NCBI RefSeq assembly: GCF_963921235.1
Contig: NC_086107.1
Coordinates: 105,216,001-105,280,000 of the forward strand
DNA length: 64,000 bases
Direction of reading: 5' to 3'
DNA from: Mobula hypostoma
Lineage: Eukaryota
Positions 12,590 to 25,801 of the stretch are shown here, piece after piece (the first letter of the stretch is position 1; each line of letters opens with the position of its first letter). The translations under genes were made by a program, and so were the position numbers. Below the pieces are notes generated by a model. The model searched no databases, was not told the origin of the DNA, and saw only the letters and a list, made by a program, of their open reading frames with translations.

Positions 12590-13690
12590 TGCTGCATTTG
12601 GGATTTCCGGACAGCATTTGATAAAGTGTCAGAGCATGGTTATTGGAGAAAGTTTGTGGTATAGGGGGTAAAATATTGCAGTGGACGAAAGATTGGCTGG
12701 CTAATGAGAAACAGAATAGGCATGAAGAGTGTCTTTTATTTCTGGTTGGCAGAATGGAATAAGTGATGTGCTACATAAGTCTCAACATTTTGCAATTTAC
12801 AAAATTACAAGAAATTGAAAATATGATTGCTGAATTTCCTGATGACCCAAAGGTAGAAGAAGACATCAGAAAGATATAAAAAGATATCGATAGTCCTGAT
12901 GAAGGGTCTCAGCCGGAAACGTTGACTGTACTCTTTCCCATAGATGCTGCCTGTCCTGCTGAGTTCCTCCAGCATTTTGCATGTGTTGAAGGGTTAAGTG
13001 AGCTGGCAAATGGAGTCCAATATGGGAAAATGTGAAATTGTCCATTTGGCAAGAAATATGAAAAAAGGGAACATATCTAAATGGTGAGAGTTTTGCAGTA
13101 GGGCGGCCTGATGCAAGGAGAGCTAACAAAAAGTTGCTGTTTATTTCTGGGGTAATTATATACAACAAAATGCAATTCTACTTCAGTTCTAAGTATTGAC
13201 GAGATCGCAGATGAAGCACTATTGAATCACTTAAGGAAAATGCATTTGTAGCAGCTCAGGGAAGATGGCTGTCTTACGAAGCACAAGATTCAAGATTATT
13301 TAATGTATTTTCCAGTGCACAATTGAAAAGATGAATGAAATAGTTGTTATTCTGGATATGATGCAGCATATAAAAACACATTATGATAAAGAATATGATA
13401 ACAAAAAGATCAATAAATACTTATATACATAGATTGATTATATGTACATAAAGTGATGCAAGGTACAGTAGTGTATGTACATAAGGTGACTAAAGGGTGC
13501 AACAAGCTAGGCTTCTGTCTGCTGGAGCTTTGAAGAGTGAGATGGAACTTGATTGAAACATACAGGATCCTCTAAGAGTCTTGTAAAGAGTAAGGGGTGG
13601 CTCATTCAAGACTAGAGAGAAGGCATTTTTTAATATATCAGAGGATCATTAGTCTTTAGAACTCCCAAATTGTAATGGATAGGTTGTGAT
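12590..13690 (+). mobile_element. Old CR1 fragments containing a Penelope pLTR piece (about 12890-12990)
   Basis: DFRTAFDKV, EFPDDPK, KCEIVH remnants. Confidence 0.6.
12892..12927 (+). ncRNA. Minimal hammerhead ribozyme motif
   Basis: agtc-CTGATGA-agggtctcagccg-GAAA-c-GTT-gact. Confidence 0.65.
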
Positions 13691-13944
13691 CAATTTAATC
13701 AGATCCCAGAGAAAGTGCTTTATATTTGGCCATTTCTAGTTTTATACCAATGATGTTTGCGTTTAACCATATTTTATTGGTTATCATTTCCAGAGAATTA
13801 AGGAAGATTAGAATGTATAATTTTTGATGGGTCATGAGTATGTTGAGCTCTCTGGTACAGCCTGTTATTGATGGCGCTCTTGTGATATGGTTGTTGTTCA
13901 TCATGTCTGACGATGTTAGGAAGCTTATGCGGGAAACTTTTTAA

Positions 13945-14860
13945 AGTAGAGGATAAACACCTGACCACAACTTTACAATGTCTTTTAACTGGCGCTTTGC
14001 AAAGTCTTTACAGGCAAGGATATGCTTTTTTAAGCCGGGGCTTCTTCCTTCCCATAAATACCCATTTTTGTGCAAGGCATCAGAGATTATGGAGCCATGT
14101 ACTCCATCTCCAGTTGGAGTCACTGACTTCTGCAGCTCACTCAGGGTGGATGTTGGCGTCACAGTACCCCCTCTTACAAGTGCTGTTCTTCTCTGGTGAT
14201 TATGTTTAGAGAGGTAGCCTGAACTAGGCAGTATGGCTGTGGTTTCATATTTTTCCCACTTTTTCACAATGGATTGCACTGTTCAGTGCCTTTGAGATGG
14301 TCTTTTATCTTCATTTTGGTTTGTTGCTTTTGTGCCTTTCTGTGCCTTGTGGCGCATTGGGTGACAACCTTGCAATTTTTTGGTCATTTTTTTATGAGGC
14401 CAAGTTGATGGCTCGACATTCAATCCAGCACCAATGGGAGGCGTGCAAGGAGCTGGCTGGATTCAAACCTGGGACCATTTGCCTTGAAGTCTGGTGCGGA
14501 TGCCACGACACCACTGGCCGGCTGTCATTTTGGATTGGTCTATTGAAAATCTACCACACTGTTGCACCTTGCAGTGAGAGGTTTTTTTAAATTCTTATGA
14601 ATTCATTGAAAACAGATGATCCTCCAATATTCTCTATCAAAGTTAGCAAATGGGATGAATACTGTTTCAGCCTTACAATTTTGGTTTTTAAGTTTTAGTA
14701 AATTGTTGACAGGTTTTGAATTCTTTCTATTGATTTGACATGATGCACAATGTTTTATAGACTAGCTAAAAAGTCCTGCTTCGGTATATTTTACATTTAG
14801 AAAATGAGACAGTAAAATGTTAAAGTAGTTGTGGGGGCTGAATACTTTTTCAAAGCACTG
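13945..14860 (-). mobile_element. Tc1-like transposon remnant, interrupted by a short tRNA-SINE-like insert (about 14312-14525)
   Basis: QSIVKKWEKYETTAILPSSG...TLSELQKS paired-domain remnant; terminus cagtgctttgaaaaagtattcagccc followed by TA. Confidence 0.75.
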
Positions 14861-14911
14861 TAGAATTTGAGTATGCGTTCTTTTTTTTTTAAGCCTAGAT
14901 TTATGACATTA

Positions 14912-16525
14912 CCGGTTTCCCCGGCCATCCGAAGGTAGAGCGTTCCTATGAAACTGTTCGTAAGCAGGAATGTCGTAAAGTGAAGAAGCAATTACCATTT
15001 ATTTATATGGGAAAAATTTGTGAGCGTTCGCAGACCCAGAAAATAACCTACCAAATCATGCCAAGTAACACATAAAACCTAAAATAGCAGTAACATATAT
15101 TAAAAGCAGGAATGATATGATAAATACACAGTCTATATAAAGTAGAAATACTTTTCTACAATCATTGCCGCACTGTTCTCCGTAGCAAAAATCTCACGCA
15201 AGCGCCCTCGGCAGAAACACTCTCTCCAGTAACCTTTAAGCTATGAAGCTGCCAAATCATACCAAGTAACACGTAAAAATACACAGCTTATATAAAGTAG
15301 AAATAATGTATGTACAGTGTAGTATCACTTACTGGAATTGGGAAGACAGCGCAGAGCACACTGATGATGGTGTGTTAGGCTCAGTTGCCGGAGGTTGGGG
15401 TGGTGCAGTGGTCCCCAACCTGCAGGCCGCGGACCGATACCGATCGGCAAAGCATGCAGCGGTGCAGCGGTAGCCGGCACACACCCAGCACATCTTTAAG
15501 AAAAAAAGCTGAAATAAACAAGCTAATTAATTAGGTGCCACCTGGCACGTAAATGTCGGCCCAGATCAGAGGCGACGCAATCGGCAATCGCCTCTGATCT
15601 GAGCTGACATTTACGTGCTGGACGACACCTAATTAATTAGCTTGTTTATTTCGGCTTTTTTCTTAAAGATGTGCTGGGTGTATCCTGGCTACCGCTGCAT
15701 TCTTCACGACAATGTATCGGTCAGCAGCCTGGGGGTTGTAGTGGTGGGACACTGAGGTGTAATCTCATTGTCGTGTTTCCATCAGGGCAGGCAGGTCATC
15801 TTCTTCTATGTCTGCCTGCCTCGATGTCGAAGGTCGAGGTTTGTTGTCTGCTGTGGCTGATGTGGAAGGCTTGAAAAATGACAGTATGCTTGACTGCTTA
15901 GCCTCGTGCATTTTTTTATCACGAGTTCTTTGTAAGCACTCAAATCATCTTGCAAATATGCCCGAAACCTACGTACCCTTTCAAAATTAAAGTCGTACTT
16001 TTCTGCAATCATTGCAGCAAAAACCTCGTGTAGTTGCTTCACATTCAGTTCCTGGATGACTTCACTTTCGGTCTGTTCGCTACTGCATTTGGTTTCGATT
16101 GTTATCCTTTCCTCTTCCAATTGCATCAGCTCTTCATCTATCAGTTCTTGGTCATGGGATTCCAAAACCTCTTCAATATCATCTTCGTTAACTTCCACAA
16201 GCCAAACTCACCCACGATCGAAATGCTTAATTATGTCTAGTTTTATGCTAAGTGTAACACCCTTACAAGCTCTTTTAGGCTTTTCCGGTACCTTAGAACA
16301 CATCTTGCTAATGGCTGCTCACAGGCACGTGTTTAAGCAATTCCGGCTAGAATGCAGTTCCGGGGGAGGAGCTTGACTGCTCGGGGCGCGCGCTGCTTTT
16401 TTCACGCGCTGCCTTTGTTCGTAATAGTGAAAACACCTTCTGTTAGCGAAAACAGGTAACTAATGTGAGTGTTTCGTAACAGCGAGGTTTCGTAAAGTGA
16501 ACGTTCGAAAAGCGGGGGACATCTG
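14912..16525 (-). mobile_element. pogo/Tigger-like non-autonomous transposon
   Basis: TA-flanked imperfect TIRs; ORF 15806..16198 (EDDIEEVLESHDQELIDEEL...) resembles the Tigger transposase C-terminus. Confidence 0.75.
15455..15705. repeat. Long inverted repeat (~110-bp arms, ~12-nt spacer), probably a captured hAT-like MITE starting cagtggtccccaac at 15406
   Basis: cccagcacatctttaagaaaaaaagc...cagatcagaggcga / tcgcctctgatctg...ttcttaaagatgtgctggg. Confidence 0.85.
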
Positions 16526-17756
16526 TATTTGTAGTTTAATTTTCCTGGAGCTGTTTTAATTTTCAAAGCAAGTGTGATGTTGTGTTAAAAGGACACTGAT
16601 ATGCAATTAAGCATTGGTTCTAGTTGCACATGTAAGTTTACTAGCTCATCATTCTGGTCAGTATCTAACTATAGACTGTAGTTAGAATCCAGTTGCCTGC
16701 ATCATGCAGTAACAGAAAACCCATGACTGTCGACAAAAAATATATATAAAAAATCTAGGGAGAATGAAGGGATTCAGTTCTAACTGTAGTTTGGAGGAGT
16801 GAGTTCCAGATTCTAATCAACCTCTGTAATAAGTGATTTTTAAATTCTTTCAAGGATGAATGTATTCCCATATACTGGAATCATAATATTGTTTCCAGAT
16901 TTTGGGTTGGAGGATGTATTTTCCTGAGTCAACATAAATTGTATTTACTGCCAACCTAATGAACATTTTGGGATATATGTAGGATCTTACTTTAATAATG
17001 TAATGTGTCAGTTAATTAAGCACAATAACATGAAATGGACTGAAATTGAAAATCATTTCTGAAAACTCAAAAAGCAATTTGATTCCTTTGTGCAGCACAA
17101 CCCCCTCAGAATTCTGTAATTGAATCTTTATTGTGAAATTATTGTATTTTTGTAAATGCACATTGATTTGAAGTCTTGAGTTGAATAAAATAGTCTTTTT
17201 TTGAGAATTTCATCCATATATGTTAAGCTTCTAAATTTTAGACTTTGGCGATTTAAGATCAGGTGGCTATTTATCCATATATGATTTGATTGCAAACAAT
17301 CCCATGCCATTTTAAATTTCGCGTTCCAGTTGTTGGTCACCAGAAACACACTTAGTGAGGTGGGAAAAGTAAACTGAAGCAAAGATATAATTACTTTGGA
17401 GCCTACTGATTCCTTCAGTGCTGAAGTAATGGGATGAAATGAAATGGAGAAAGTTTCTTCTGGAGTGACAGAACTGTAGAAAAAGATGAGACAAGATACA
17501 TGATCAAACATCATGGGAAGCTAGGCAAGAATGCTTTGACAATAGCTTATGTTAATTGATATAAAACAGTTGCAGTTGGTTAAGAGCATAATCTTTCACT
17601 TTCTAATTTAGAGAAATGGAAACTCCTGAATAACGTACAATATGGCAGAAATGATGGTGCATATCTAATTAGATTCATTGGTGATGTTGCGTGTTTAACT
17701 AAATACTTTGTTGTTGGTGCCCGTCTATCCAGATGATGGTGCTTGATCAAGTTCAT

Positions 17757-18035
17757 AGCATAGTGGTTAGCACAGTGCTTTACAGTACCAGCAACCCGGG
17801 TGCATTGCCCACCACTGCCTGTAAGGAGTTTGAACGCTCTCCCTGTGACTGTGTGGGTTTCCTCCGGGTGCTTTGGTTTCCTCCCACAGTCCAAAGACAT
17901 ACTAGCTGGTAGGTTAGTTGGCCACTGTAAATTGTCCTGTGATTAGGTTAGGGTTAAATCGGGGGAATGCTGGGCGGCGTGGTTTGAAAGTCAGGAAGGG
18001 CCTATTTCGCGCTGTACCTCAGTAAATCCATAAAT
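17757..18035 (+). mobile_element. V-SINE (HE1-like)
   Basis: V-domain gtgtgggtttcctccgggtgctttggtttcctcccacagtccaaagac; TSD aagttcat (17749-17756 / 18036-18043). Confidence 0.85.
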
Positions 18036-18336
18036 AAGTTCATTATTGTTGGTGCCAGTAAGTTCATTGCTATCTGTGTCTGTGTAACCAAGTTCACAGT
18101 AGATGCTTGTGCAATCAAGCTGATTGTTGTAATCTACCCGTGTAATCAAGCACGTTGTTATCCTTTGTAATCAAATTCCTTTGGTTACTTTGGTGTCTAG
18201 TCGTCAAGCCCACTAATGATGCTGCCTGTCTAAGTATGTATGTTTTTGGTAGTGCCAGAGTAAACAGATAGATTGACGATGTGTGGCAAAGCAGACTAAT
18301 TGATGAAGATGAATGTGCAACTGATGATTGTGCATA

Positions 18337-18826
18337 TCACATCAAAGTTGCTGGTGAACACAGCAGGCCAGGCAGCATCTCTAGGAAGAGGTACAGTCGA
18401 CGTTTCAGGCCGAGACCCTTCGTCAGGACTAACTGAAGGAAGAGCTAGTAAGAGATTTGAAAGTGGGAGGGGGAAGGGGGAGATCCAAAATGATAGGAGA
18501 AGACAGGAGGGGGAGGGATGGAGCCAAGAGCTGGACAGGTGATTGGCAAAAGGGATATGAGAGGATCATGGGACAGGAGGCCCAGGGAGAAGGAAAAGCC
18601 GGGGGGGGGTAAAACCCAGAGGATGGGCAAGGGGTATAGTCAGAGGGACAGAGGGAGAAAAAGGAGAGAGAGAGAGAGAGAAAGAATGTGTGTATATAAG
18701 TAACGGATGGGGTACGAGGGGGAGGTGGGGCATTAGCGGAAGTTAGAGAAGTCAATGTTCATGCCATCAGGTTGGAGGCTACCCAAACGGAATATAAAGT
18801 GTTGTTCCTCCAACCTGAGTGTGGCA
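18337..18826 (-). mobile_element. Penelope pLTR copy
   Basis: Near-identical to 1465-1900. Confidence 0.85.
18395..18430 (-). ncRNA. Minimal hammerhead ribozyme motif with intact core
   Basis: Reverse complement agtc-CTGACGA-agggtctcggcct-GAAA-c-GTC-gact. Confidence 0.8.
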
Positions 18827-19143
18827 CCACAGACACAAGGCAAATGAAATTTAAGTGAATGATATATTTAAGAACAATAAAATATATAACAATAAACAGT
18901 GATACTTGAATAAAAAGTAATATTTGAAAATTTATGTAGGATTAAAGATGTCTGGAATGTTTGCACACGCTTTTCAAGATGGCAGGGTCAGTTGAGAAGA
19001 ATAGGTGGGTGGCATTCTTAGCACTATTTATCAGCATAAATTATATAAGTAAGAAAATTATGCAATGTTCCAATAAAGCACTAGGAGGTAGGGGTATTGT
19101 GTTATTTTAGACATCGCATTTTTGGAAGATTATCTTCAAAGTT

Positions 19144-19821
19144 GGCGAGACCCGACACAGACTGGGAGATTGTTTCGCTGAACACCTACGCTCTGTCCGC
19201 CAGAGAAAGCAGGATCTCCCTGTGGCCGCACATTTTAATTCCACGTCCCATTCCCATTCTGATATGTCTATCCACGGCCTTCTCTACTGTAAAGATGAAG
19301 CCACACTCAGGTTGGAGGAACAACACCTTATATTCCATCTGGATAGCGTCTAACCTGATGGCATGAACATTGACTTCTCAAACTTCCGCTAATGCCCCAC
19401 CTTCCCTTGTACTCCATCCTTTATTTATTTATATACACACATTCTTTTTCTCTCTCGCCTTTTTCTCCCTCTGTCCCTCTTACTATACCCCTTGCCCATC
19501 CTCTGGGCTCCCCCCCCACCCTTTTCTTTCTCCCTGGGCCTCCTGTCCCATGATCCTCTCATATCCCTTTTGCCAATTGATTGTCCGACTCTTGGCTCCA
19601 TCCCTCCCCCTCCTGTCTTCTATCATTTCAGATCTCCCCCTCCCCCTCCTACTTTCAAATCTCTTACTATCTCTTCTTTCAGTTAGTCCTGATGGAGGGT
19701 CTGGGCCCGAAATGTCGACTGTACCTCTTCCTAGAGATGCTGCCTGGCCTGCTGCATTCACCAGCAATTTTTATGTGTGTTGCTTGAAATTCCAGCATCT
19801 GCAGATTTCCTCATGTTTGCA
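19144..19821 (+). mobile_element. Penelope 3' fragment (endonuclease C-terminus plus pLTR) inserted into an old CR1
   Basis: GETRHRLGDCFAEHLRSV...PVAAHFNS...LEEQHLIFHL..PDGMNIDF; TSD cttcaaagtt (19134-19143 / 19822-19831). Confidence 0.9.
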
Positions 19822-20329
19822 CTTCAAAGTTAGAGAAGGAATTTAAGAGAATAATGCCAGTGATATTGGTTGTGTGGCGAAGATAACAGTTACTCTTAAA
19901 GCAGCAAAACTTAAGAGGGTGAAAGATTCTGAAGAAGGATCAACTTTCTCTCCATTGATGCTGCTTGATCTGACATTTTCTCTTTTTATCAAAGTTTATA
20001 AGAACGGTAAGGAGGAAGTGTGTCACAGGGAGAATAGTCATTGATCAGTAAGCAGAGATGACATGGGGAATGTTTTTTTTTGTGATTCGAAATGCAGTAA
20101 GTAACTTGATGGGAGAATAGGTTGAATAACTTTCACAGTTTAGTTCATTGTCAGTTCACCAATCAGTCTGAGATACTCTGACTGATGAGATTATAGTTTC
20201 TTCTGCATTTTAAAGAAGCTCTTCTCCAAATTATAATCCACTAAAACTGCCTTGAAACTAAGTTAGTGACTAAACAAAATTAAAATTAACAAATGTAAAC
20301 AGGTGGTGGATAACTTGATTGTCAAGAAT

Positions 20330-20830
20330 TGTTCTACGAGTCTGTGGTGGCCAGTGCTATCATGTTTGCTGTTGTGTGCTGGGGCAGCAGGCTGAGGGTA
20401 GCAGACACCAACAGAATCAACAAACTCATTCGTAAGGCCAGTGATATTGTGGGGATGGAACTGGACTCTCTGACAGTGGTGTCTGAAAAGAGGGTGCTGT
20501 CCAAGTTGCATGCCATCTTGGACAATGTCTCCCATCCACTACATAATGTACTGGTTGGGCACAGGAGTACATTCAGCCAGAGACTCATTCCACCGAGATG
20601 CAACACAGAGCGTCATAGGAAGTCATTCCTGCCTGTGGCCATCAAACTTTACAACTCCTCCCTTGGAGGGTCAGACACCCTGAGCCAATAGGCTGGTCCT
20701 GGACTTATTTCCTGGCATAATTTACATATTACTATTTAACTATTTATGGTTTTATTACTATTTAATTACTTATGGTGCAACTGTAACAAAAACCAATTTC
20801 CCCCAGGATCAATAAAGTATGACTATGACT
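20330..20830 (+). mobile_element. Rex1/Babar-like LINE 3' end (young)
   Basis: FYESVVASAIMFAVVCWG...SHPLH...RKSFLPVAIKLYN; (gactat)n tail; second copy at 41000-41348. Confidence 0.85.
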
Positions 20831-21030
20831 AAAAGAATCCTAGTTTGAGTTAAGTATTTTAGAGTGAACTCCTTTAAAATGGAGAAAAAGAGTTAAAGCC
20901 TCACCGTTTAATTTATCTCAAATAATTTGTCAGGTAAGTTAACTGAATCAAAAGTAAACAGTTGTTTTTTATTTGTAATGTTTTCTTTGAAGCACAGGTG
21001 ATGCTTTGAACCTGTAGCATGTTGGTTACA

Positions 21031-21333
21031 CAGAAACATAGAAAACATAGAAAATAGGTGCAGGAGTAGGCCATTCGGCCCTTCGAGCCTGCACCGCCAT
21101 TTATTATGATCATGGCTGATCATCCAACTCAGAACCCTGCCCCAGCCTTCCCTCCATACCCCCTGATCCCTGTAGCCACAAGGGCCATATCTAACTCCCT
21201 CTTAAATATAGCCAATGAACCGGCCTCAACTGTTTCCTGTGGCAGAGAATTTCACAGATTCACCACTCTCTGTGTGAAGAAGTTTTTCCTAATCTCAGTC
21301 CTAAAAGGCTTCCCCCTTATCCTCAAACTGTGA
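21031..21333 (-). mobile_element. CR1 LINE 3' end
   Basis: Minus-strand KNFFTQRVVNL; catagaaa tail repeats; near-identical to 56190-56478. Confidence 0.85.
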
Positions 21334-21724
21334 TCTGGGGAGATCAAATCTGCAGTAATTCTGAGTTTGAATCACTTTGGCTCAATGAGGCTTAGAGGCA
21401 TCAGGGGTCTAGAAACCTAGACACCTTGTTCCAAGTGGCATTTACACCCATTAGATTAAATATTACAGAATTCCTCAGTCAGATGTGGCTGTGAGTGAGG
21501 CAGATTATGAGGATACATGAGGTGGTATAGGAGTTTCAGCTTTTGCATTTGACCAACAGCTTTAAAATTCCTGTTATCCCAGACATGAATGAGAGCATGA
21601 ATTTGCAAACTGACCACAGCACCTATGATAGGACGTGTATCATGTTCTATCACTAGCACATTCCTTTTGACTCCAGTAAATTAGGGGGACTCAAAAGAAA
21701 TGTACTAATGGTAGGTTTCAGTAT

Positions 21725-22215
21725 ACACTCAGAGGCCATTTTATGCACACCTGTGCGCTGCTCTTTAATGCAAATATCTAATCACCCAATCACGTGGCTC
21801 AATGCACAAAAGTATGCAGACATGGTCAAGAGGTTCAGTCGTTGTTCAGACCAAACATCAGAATGGGGAAGAAATGTGATCTAAATGGCTTTGACCATGG
21901 AATGATTGTTGGTTCCAGACGGGGTGGTTTGAGTATCTCAGAAACTGCTGATCTCCTGGGATGTTCATACACAACAGTCTCTAGAGTTTACTGAGAATGG
22001 TGCAAAGAGCCTCCAGTGAAAGCCAGTTCTGTGGGTGAAAATGCTTTGTTAATGAGAGAGATCAGAGGAGAATGACCAGACTGGTTTAAGCTGACGGGAA
22101 GGCGACAGTAACTCAAAAAACCATGCATTACCCAGTGGTGTGCAGAAGAGCATCTCTGAATGCAGCACACATCAAATCTCGGAGTGGATGGACTACAGCA
22201 GCAGAAGAGCACGCT
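21725..22215 (+). mobile_element. Non-autonomous Tc1-like element
   Basis: MGKKCDLNGFDHGMIVGSRRGGLSISETADLLG HTH remnant; tacactcag terminus. Confidence 0.8.
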
Positions 22216-23700
22216 GGGGTCCACTCCTGTACCTTTCAGTGTATTTAGAAGAGAAACTGTTTTCTGCTGTGGTGAATATGATTCCTTATGTTTTCCTTTC
22301 CACCTCTGCGCTTGGGATTGAAGACATTTCAGGACTGAATAGGAATGTGATGGGAGGAAATATGTGAACCTGTGGTAAAGATCAAAGAAGGAGTTTCTGA
22401 TTAAGGAATTCAACTTGGATCCAAATTAAAAAGTAGAACCATAAAGATTATAGTCTGGATTGCTATCTAAATCATGTGGAAATTGGCCAGCGTCAATAAG
22501 ATTTGTGAATTGGATGTGAGGCTCAAAGACTAGTATAGTGAAAATGGGTTCAATATATTGAGCAACAGAGAAAAGAGGAAGCTGTTTCTTTGGAGTAGGC
22601 TTTACTAGAGTTGAGCTGTGAGCAGTGTTCTGGTGAACTGAATAGATAGGGCTGTAAATATAAGGCATCCAATAAATACCACCCCATTACTGATCTTCAC
22701 ATGATATATTTTTAAATCAGAATTCTATAAATAAGATGTATTTGATCATCCCTCTTAAGGAGTGGGCAACTTATGTTAATAGGGAAGAAAGTAAGTGAAA
22801 GAGTGTTGCAGGAGAATAATATTTTATTGAATTTAGGATTGTGGTGTATTCAGTAATTGCATCCAGGGTAAGATTCCTGAGAATAATACATGCAATCCCC
22901 ATCAAATCATTTTCACTGTGAGCATATGAGCAAATCCAGCAGGGATTCGGAGACATTTCATCTACAACTTAATTTTATGTTAACCTGATGTTAAGGATTA
23001 TCAGATAAACCATGTCAGAACATGGAAGAACATTGCACTATTTTCATCATGTAAATACAACATAAATACTAGTTGTTACATGACCCAGAGGACCATTGCA
23101 AATATTTCTCTTCTGAGACCTTGAATATTAACTAAGAAATTGATTTGCTTTCCTTGTGCCCATAAAATGTGAAATGAAAGAAATCCCAGGTAAACCAGAA
23201 GATGAAAGCAGGTAATACCGCTAGTCAAGTCAGCAGTTTCTGATCTGTGAACGTTGTTAATATTTTCTGTATATCCATATTTGGTAGATTCTGAAATCCA
23301 GAAAATTGTATTGTTGCAGTGTGGCTAGTTTTCTTCAATGCAAATTCTTCTGTTTTCCCTTTGTGCTGATACTCTGAGATTAAGAAATATCTTTGTTGTT
23401 ATTTGGACAGGAACATTGCCCCCTTGTGATAGAAAAAAAAACTCCGTTCTCCAGGTTGAAGGATGGTGAAGCTGCTCTGGCAGTGCCCATTGTATGATTT
23501 CCAGTGTACTAATCCCACAAAAAATTTATGTTTTTTTCTTTGTCGTGATATAAACCAGTGAAAGTGCTTTGTAGTTGGAAGAGCTGTGAATGGAATCATC
23601 AGAAAGTAATCTCATGCCTAATCTTGATCAGAAAGTAGTTATTGAAGAATCACCTATAAACCTTTGGGCCAAGGATGGTTGTCTGAATAACTCCAACAAC

Positions 23701-24155
23701 AATATTCCGTCTGGGTAGCCTCCAACCTGATGGCATGAACATCGACTTCTCTAACTTCCGCTAATGCCCCACCTCCCCCTCGTACCCCATCTGTTACTTA
23801 TTTTTATACACACATTCTTTCTCTCACTCTCCCTTTTTCTCCCTCTGTCCCTCTGAATATACCCCTTGCCCATCTTCTGGGTCCCCCCTCCCCTTGTCTT
23901 TCTTCCCGGACCTCCTGTCCCATGATCCTCTCGTATCCCTTTTGCCTATCACCTGTCCAGCTCTTGGCTCCATCCCTCCCCCTCCTGTCTTCTCCTATCA
24001 TTTTTGGATCTCCCCCTCCCCCTCCCACTTTCAAATCTCTTACTCACTCTTCCTTCAGTTAGTCCTGACGAAGGATCTTGGCCTGAAACGTCGACTGCAC
24101 CTCTTCCTAGAGATGCTGCCTGGCCTGCTGCGTTCACCAGCAACTTTTATGTGTG
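23701..24155 (+). mobile_element. Penelope pLTR copy
   Basis: TSD taactccaacaac (23688-23700 / 24156-24168). Confidence 0.85.
24061..24096 (+). ncRNA. Minimal hammerhead ribozyme motif with intact core
   Basis: agtc-CTGACGA-aggatcttggcct-GAAA-c-GTC-gact. Confidence 0.8.
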
Positions 24156-24934
24156 TAACTCCAACAACCATTTTCCTTTGCGCCACTTATCACGCGACCT
24201 CAAATGTTAAATTGAGCTACTTTCTGTTTTGCTGAGTGGAGTAGGCCTGATGGTACCATATGAAGAAAAAGAATGATGTACTGGATATTGACGGTCTCTC
24301 AGCTGTGCAACCATCTGATCATTAAACAATTTGCTGTTATATGAATTATCTGCTGGATTTGTAATCTCATGGTTTAGGGTATCATAATGACTTGATGAGC
24401 AATTACCTAAGGATATTTGTTCCTTAACACAAAAAAAACAATTTATGTTCTTCCATTGTGTGATGTACTTCCTGGCATCTGTACTTGGTTAGGTATCAAG
24501 CTATTAAAGCCGATTGCCAGCTGGAAAGTTTGGCCTAGTGGATAGATAGCAATGAGATATTTTTTATGAGTGTTAGAGATATGTGTATGGGGCAAACTGC
24601 TTTTAGTAATTAAACAAAAATAAAAAAAGAGAGATGACTCATCACATGGATGTATTTTAGAATCCAAGAGAAGGAGGCCCTTTTTGGTTCTTCAGTAGAA
24701 CCCTTCAGTTGTCCTTTCTTCCCACAGTTTCATTGTTATTTCCTTGTTAAATGTCCTTGTTGAATCTGTTTCTGCTGCCTTTGCAGGAAGTATGTTCGAG
24801 TTCACCACAATTTACTATTTGTCCATTGTATGTCTTTGAATCTGTTATCAAAGCTTTTGTCAGCAGAAATGGCATCTTTATTTAACCTATCAAAATCATG
24901 AATCATTTTTGAACATTTCTCCCAAATCTCATTC

Positions 24935-25650
24935 CGAGAACTGGTCATTGACTTCAGGAGGTCAGGAAGGTTGGAAGCTTCAGGTTCCTAGGAATGAACG
25001 TAACTATTAGCCTATCTTGGTCCAGCTTCATAGATGCCACGGCCAAAAAAACATCTTACCGATGCCTCTACTTCCTCAGGAGTCTTAAGGAAATTTGCCG
25101 TGTCCCTTTGATCCTCACCAATTTTTATTAATGCACCATAGAAAACATTCTGCCTGGATGCAAAACAACTTGTAATGCAACAGTTGTGCCTGAGACAAAA
25201 GCTGCAGAGAGTTGTGGACACAGCTGAGCACATAACCAGCCTTCTTGCCATGAACTCTGTCTATAGTTCTTGCTAGCCAATTTCAGCCAACGTAATCAAA
25301 GATCCCCAACCACCCTGCACATTCTCTCTTCCCCCTCTTCCATCGGGCAGAAGCTATAAAAGCCTGAAAACACATATACCAGGCTCAAGGACTGTTCCAA
25401 TACCACTGCTCTAAGATTATTGAACAATTACTTAGTGCGATGAGATGGATTTTTGACTTTGTAATTTTCTTCATTGTGGTCGTCCACTTTTTTCTGCACT
25501 TTCTCTGTAAGTGTACCTTTAATCTGCATTCTGTTATAGTCTTCCCTCCTACTACTTCAATACACTGTTGCTATGGAATGATCTGTGTGGATGGCATACA
25601 AAACAACGTTTTCACTGTATCGTGGTGCATGCAACAATGATGAACCAAGT
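24935..25650 (+). mobile_element. Degenerate Rex1-like LINE 3' fragment
   Basis: ELVIDFRR, LYFLR, LTNFY, KLQRVVDTA remnants. Confidence 0.7.
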
Positions 25651-25801
25651 TACCAGTCTCCCCGAATCAGATCTGCTCAAACAAGAATAGAACCGGGTTC
25701 TCTAATTTCCCTACATAGCCAAATCAGTGCCCCACCCCATCCCTCCTGGGGTAATTCTGTCCTCTTTCAGCACATGACATCCTTCCTAAATTGAAGGATA
25801 T

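Noticed and set aside
15806..16198. Acidic 130-aa ORF as a domesticated TIGD gene
   Set aside because: Only a C-terminal fragment inside a TIR-bounded, internally deleted element.
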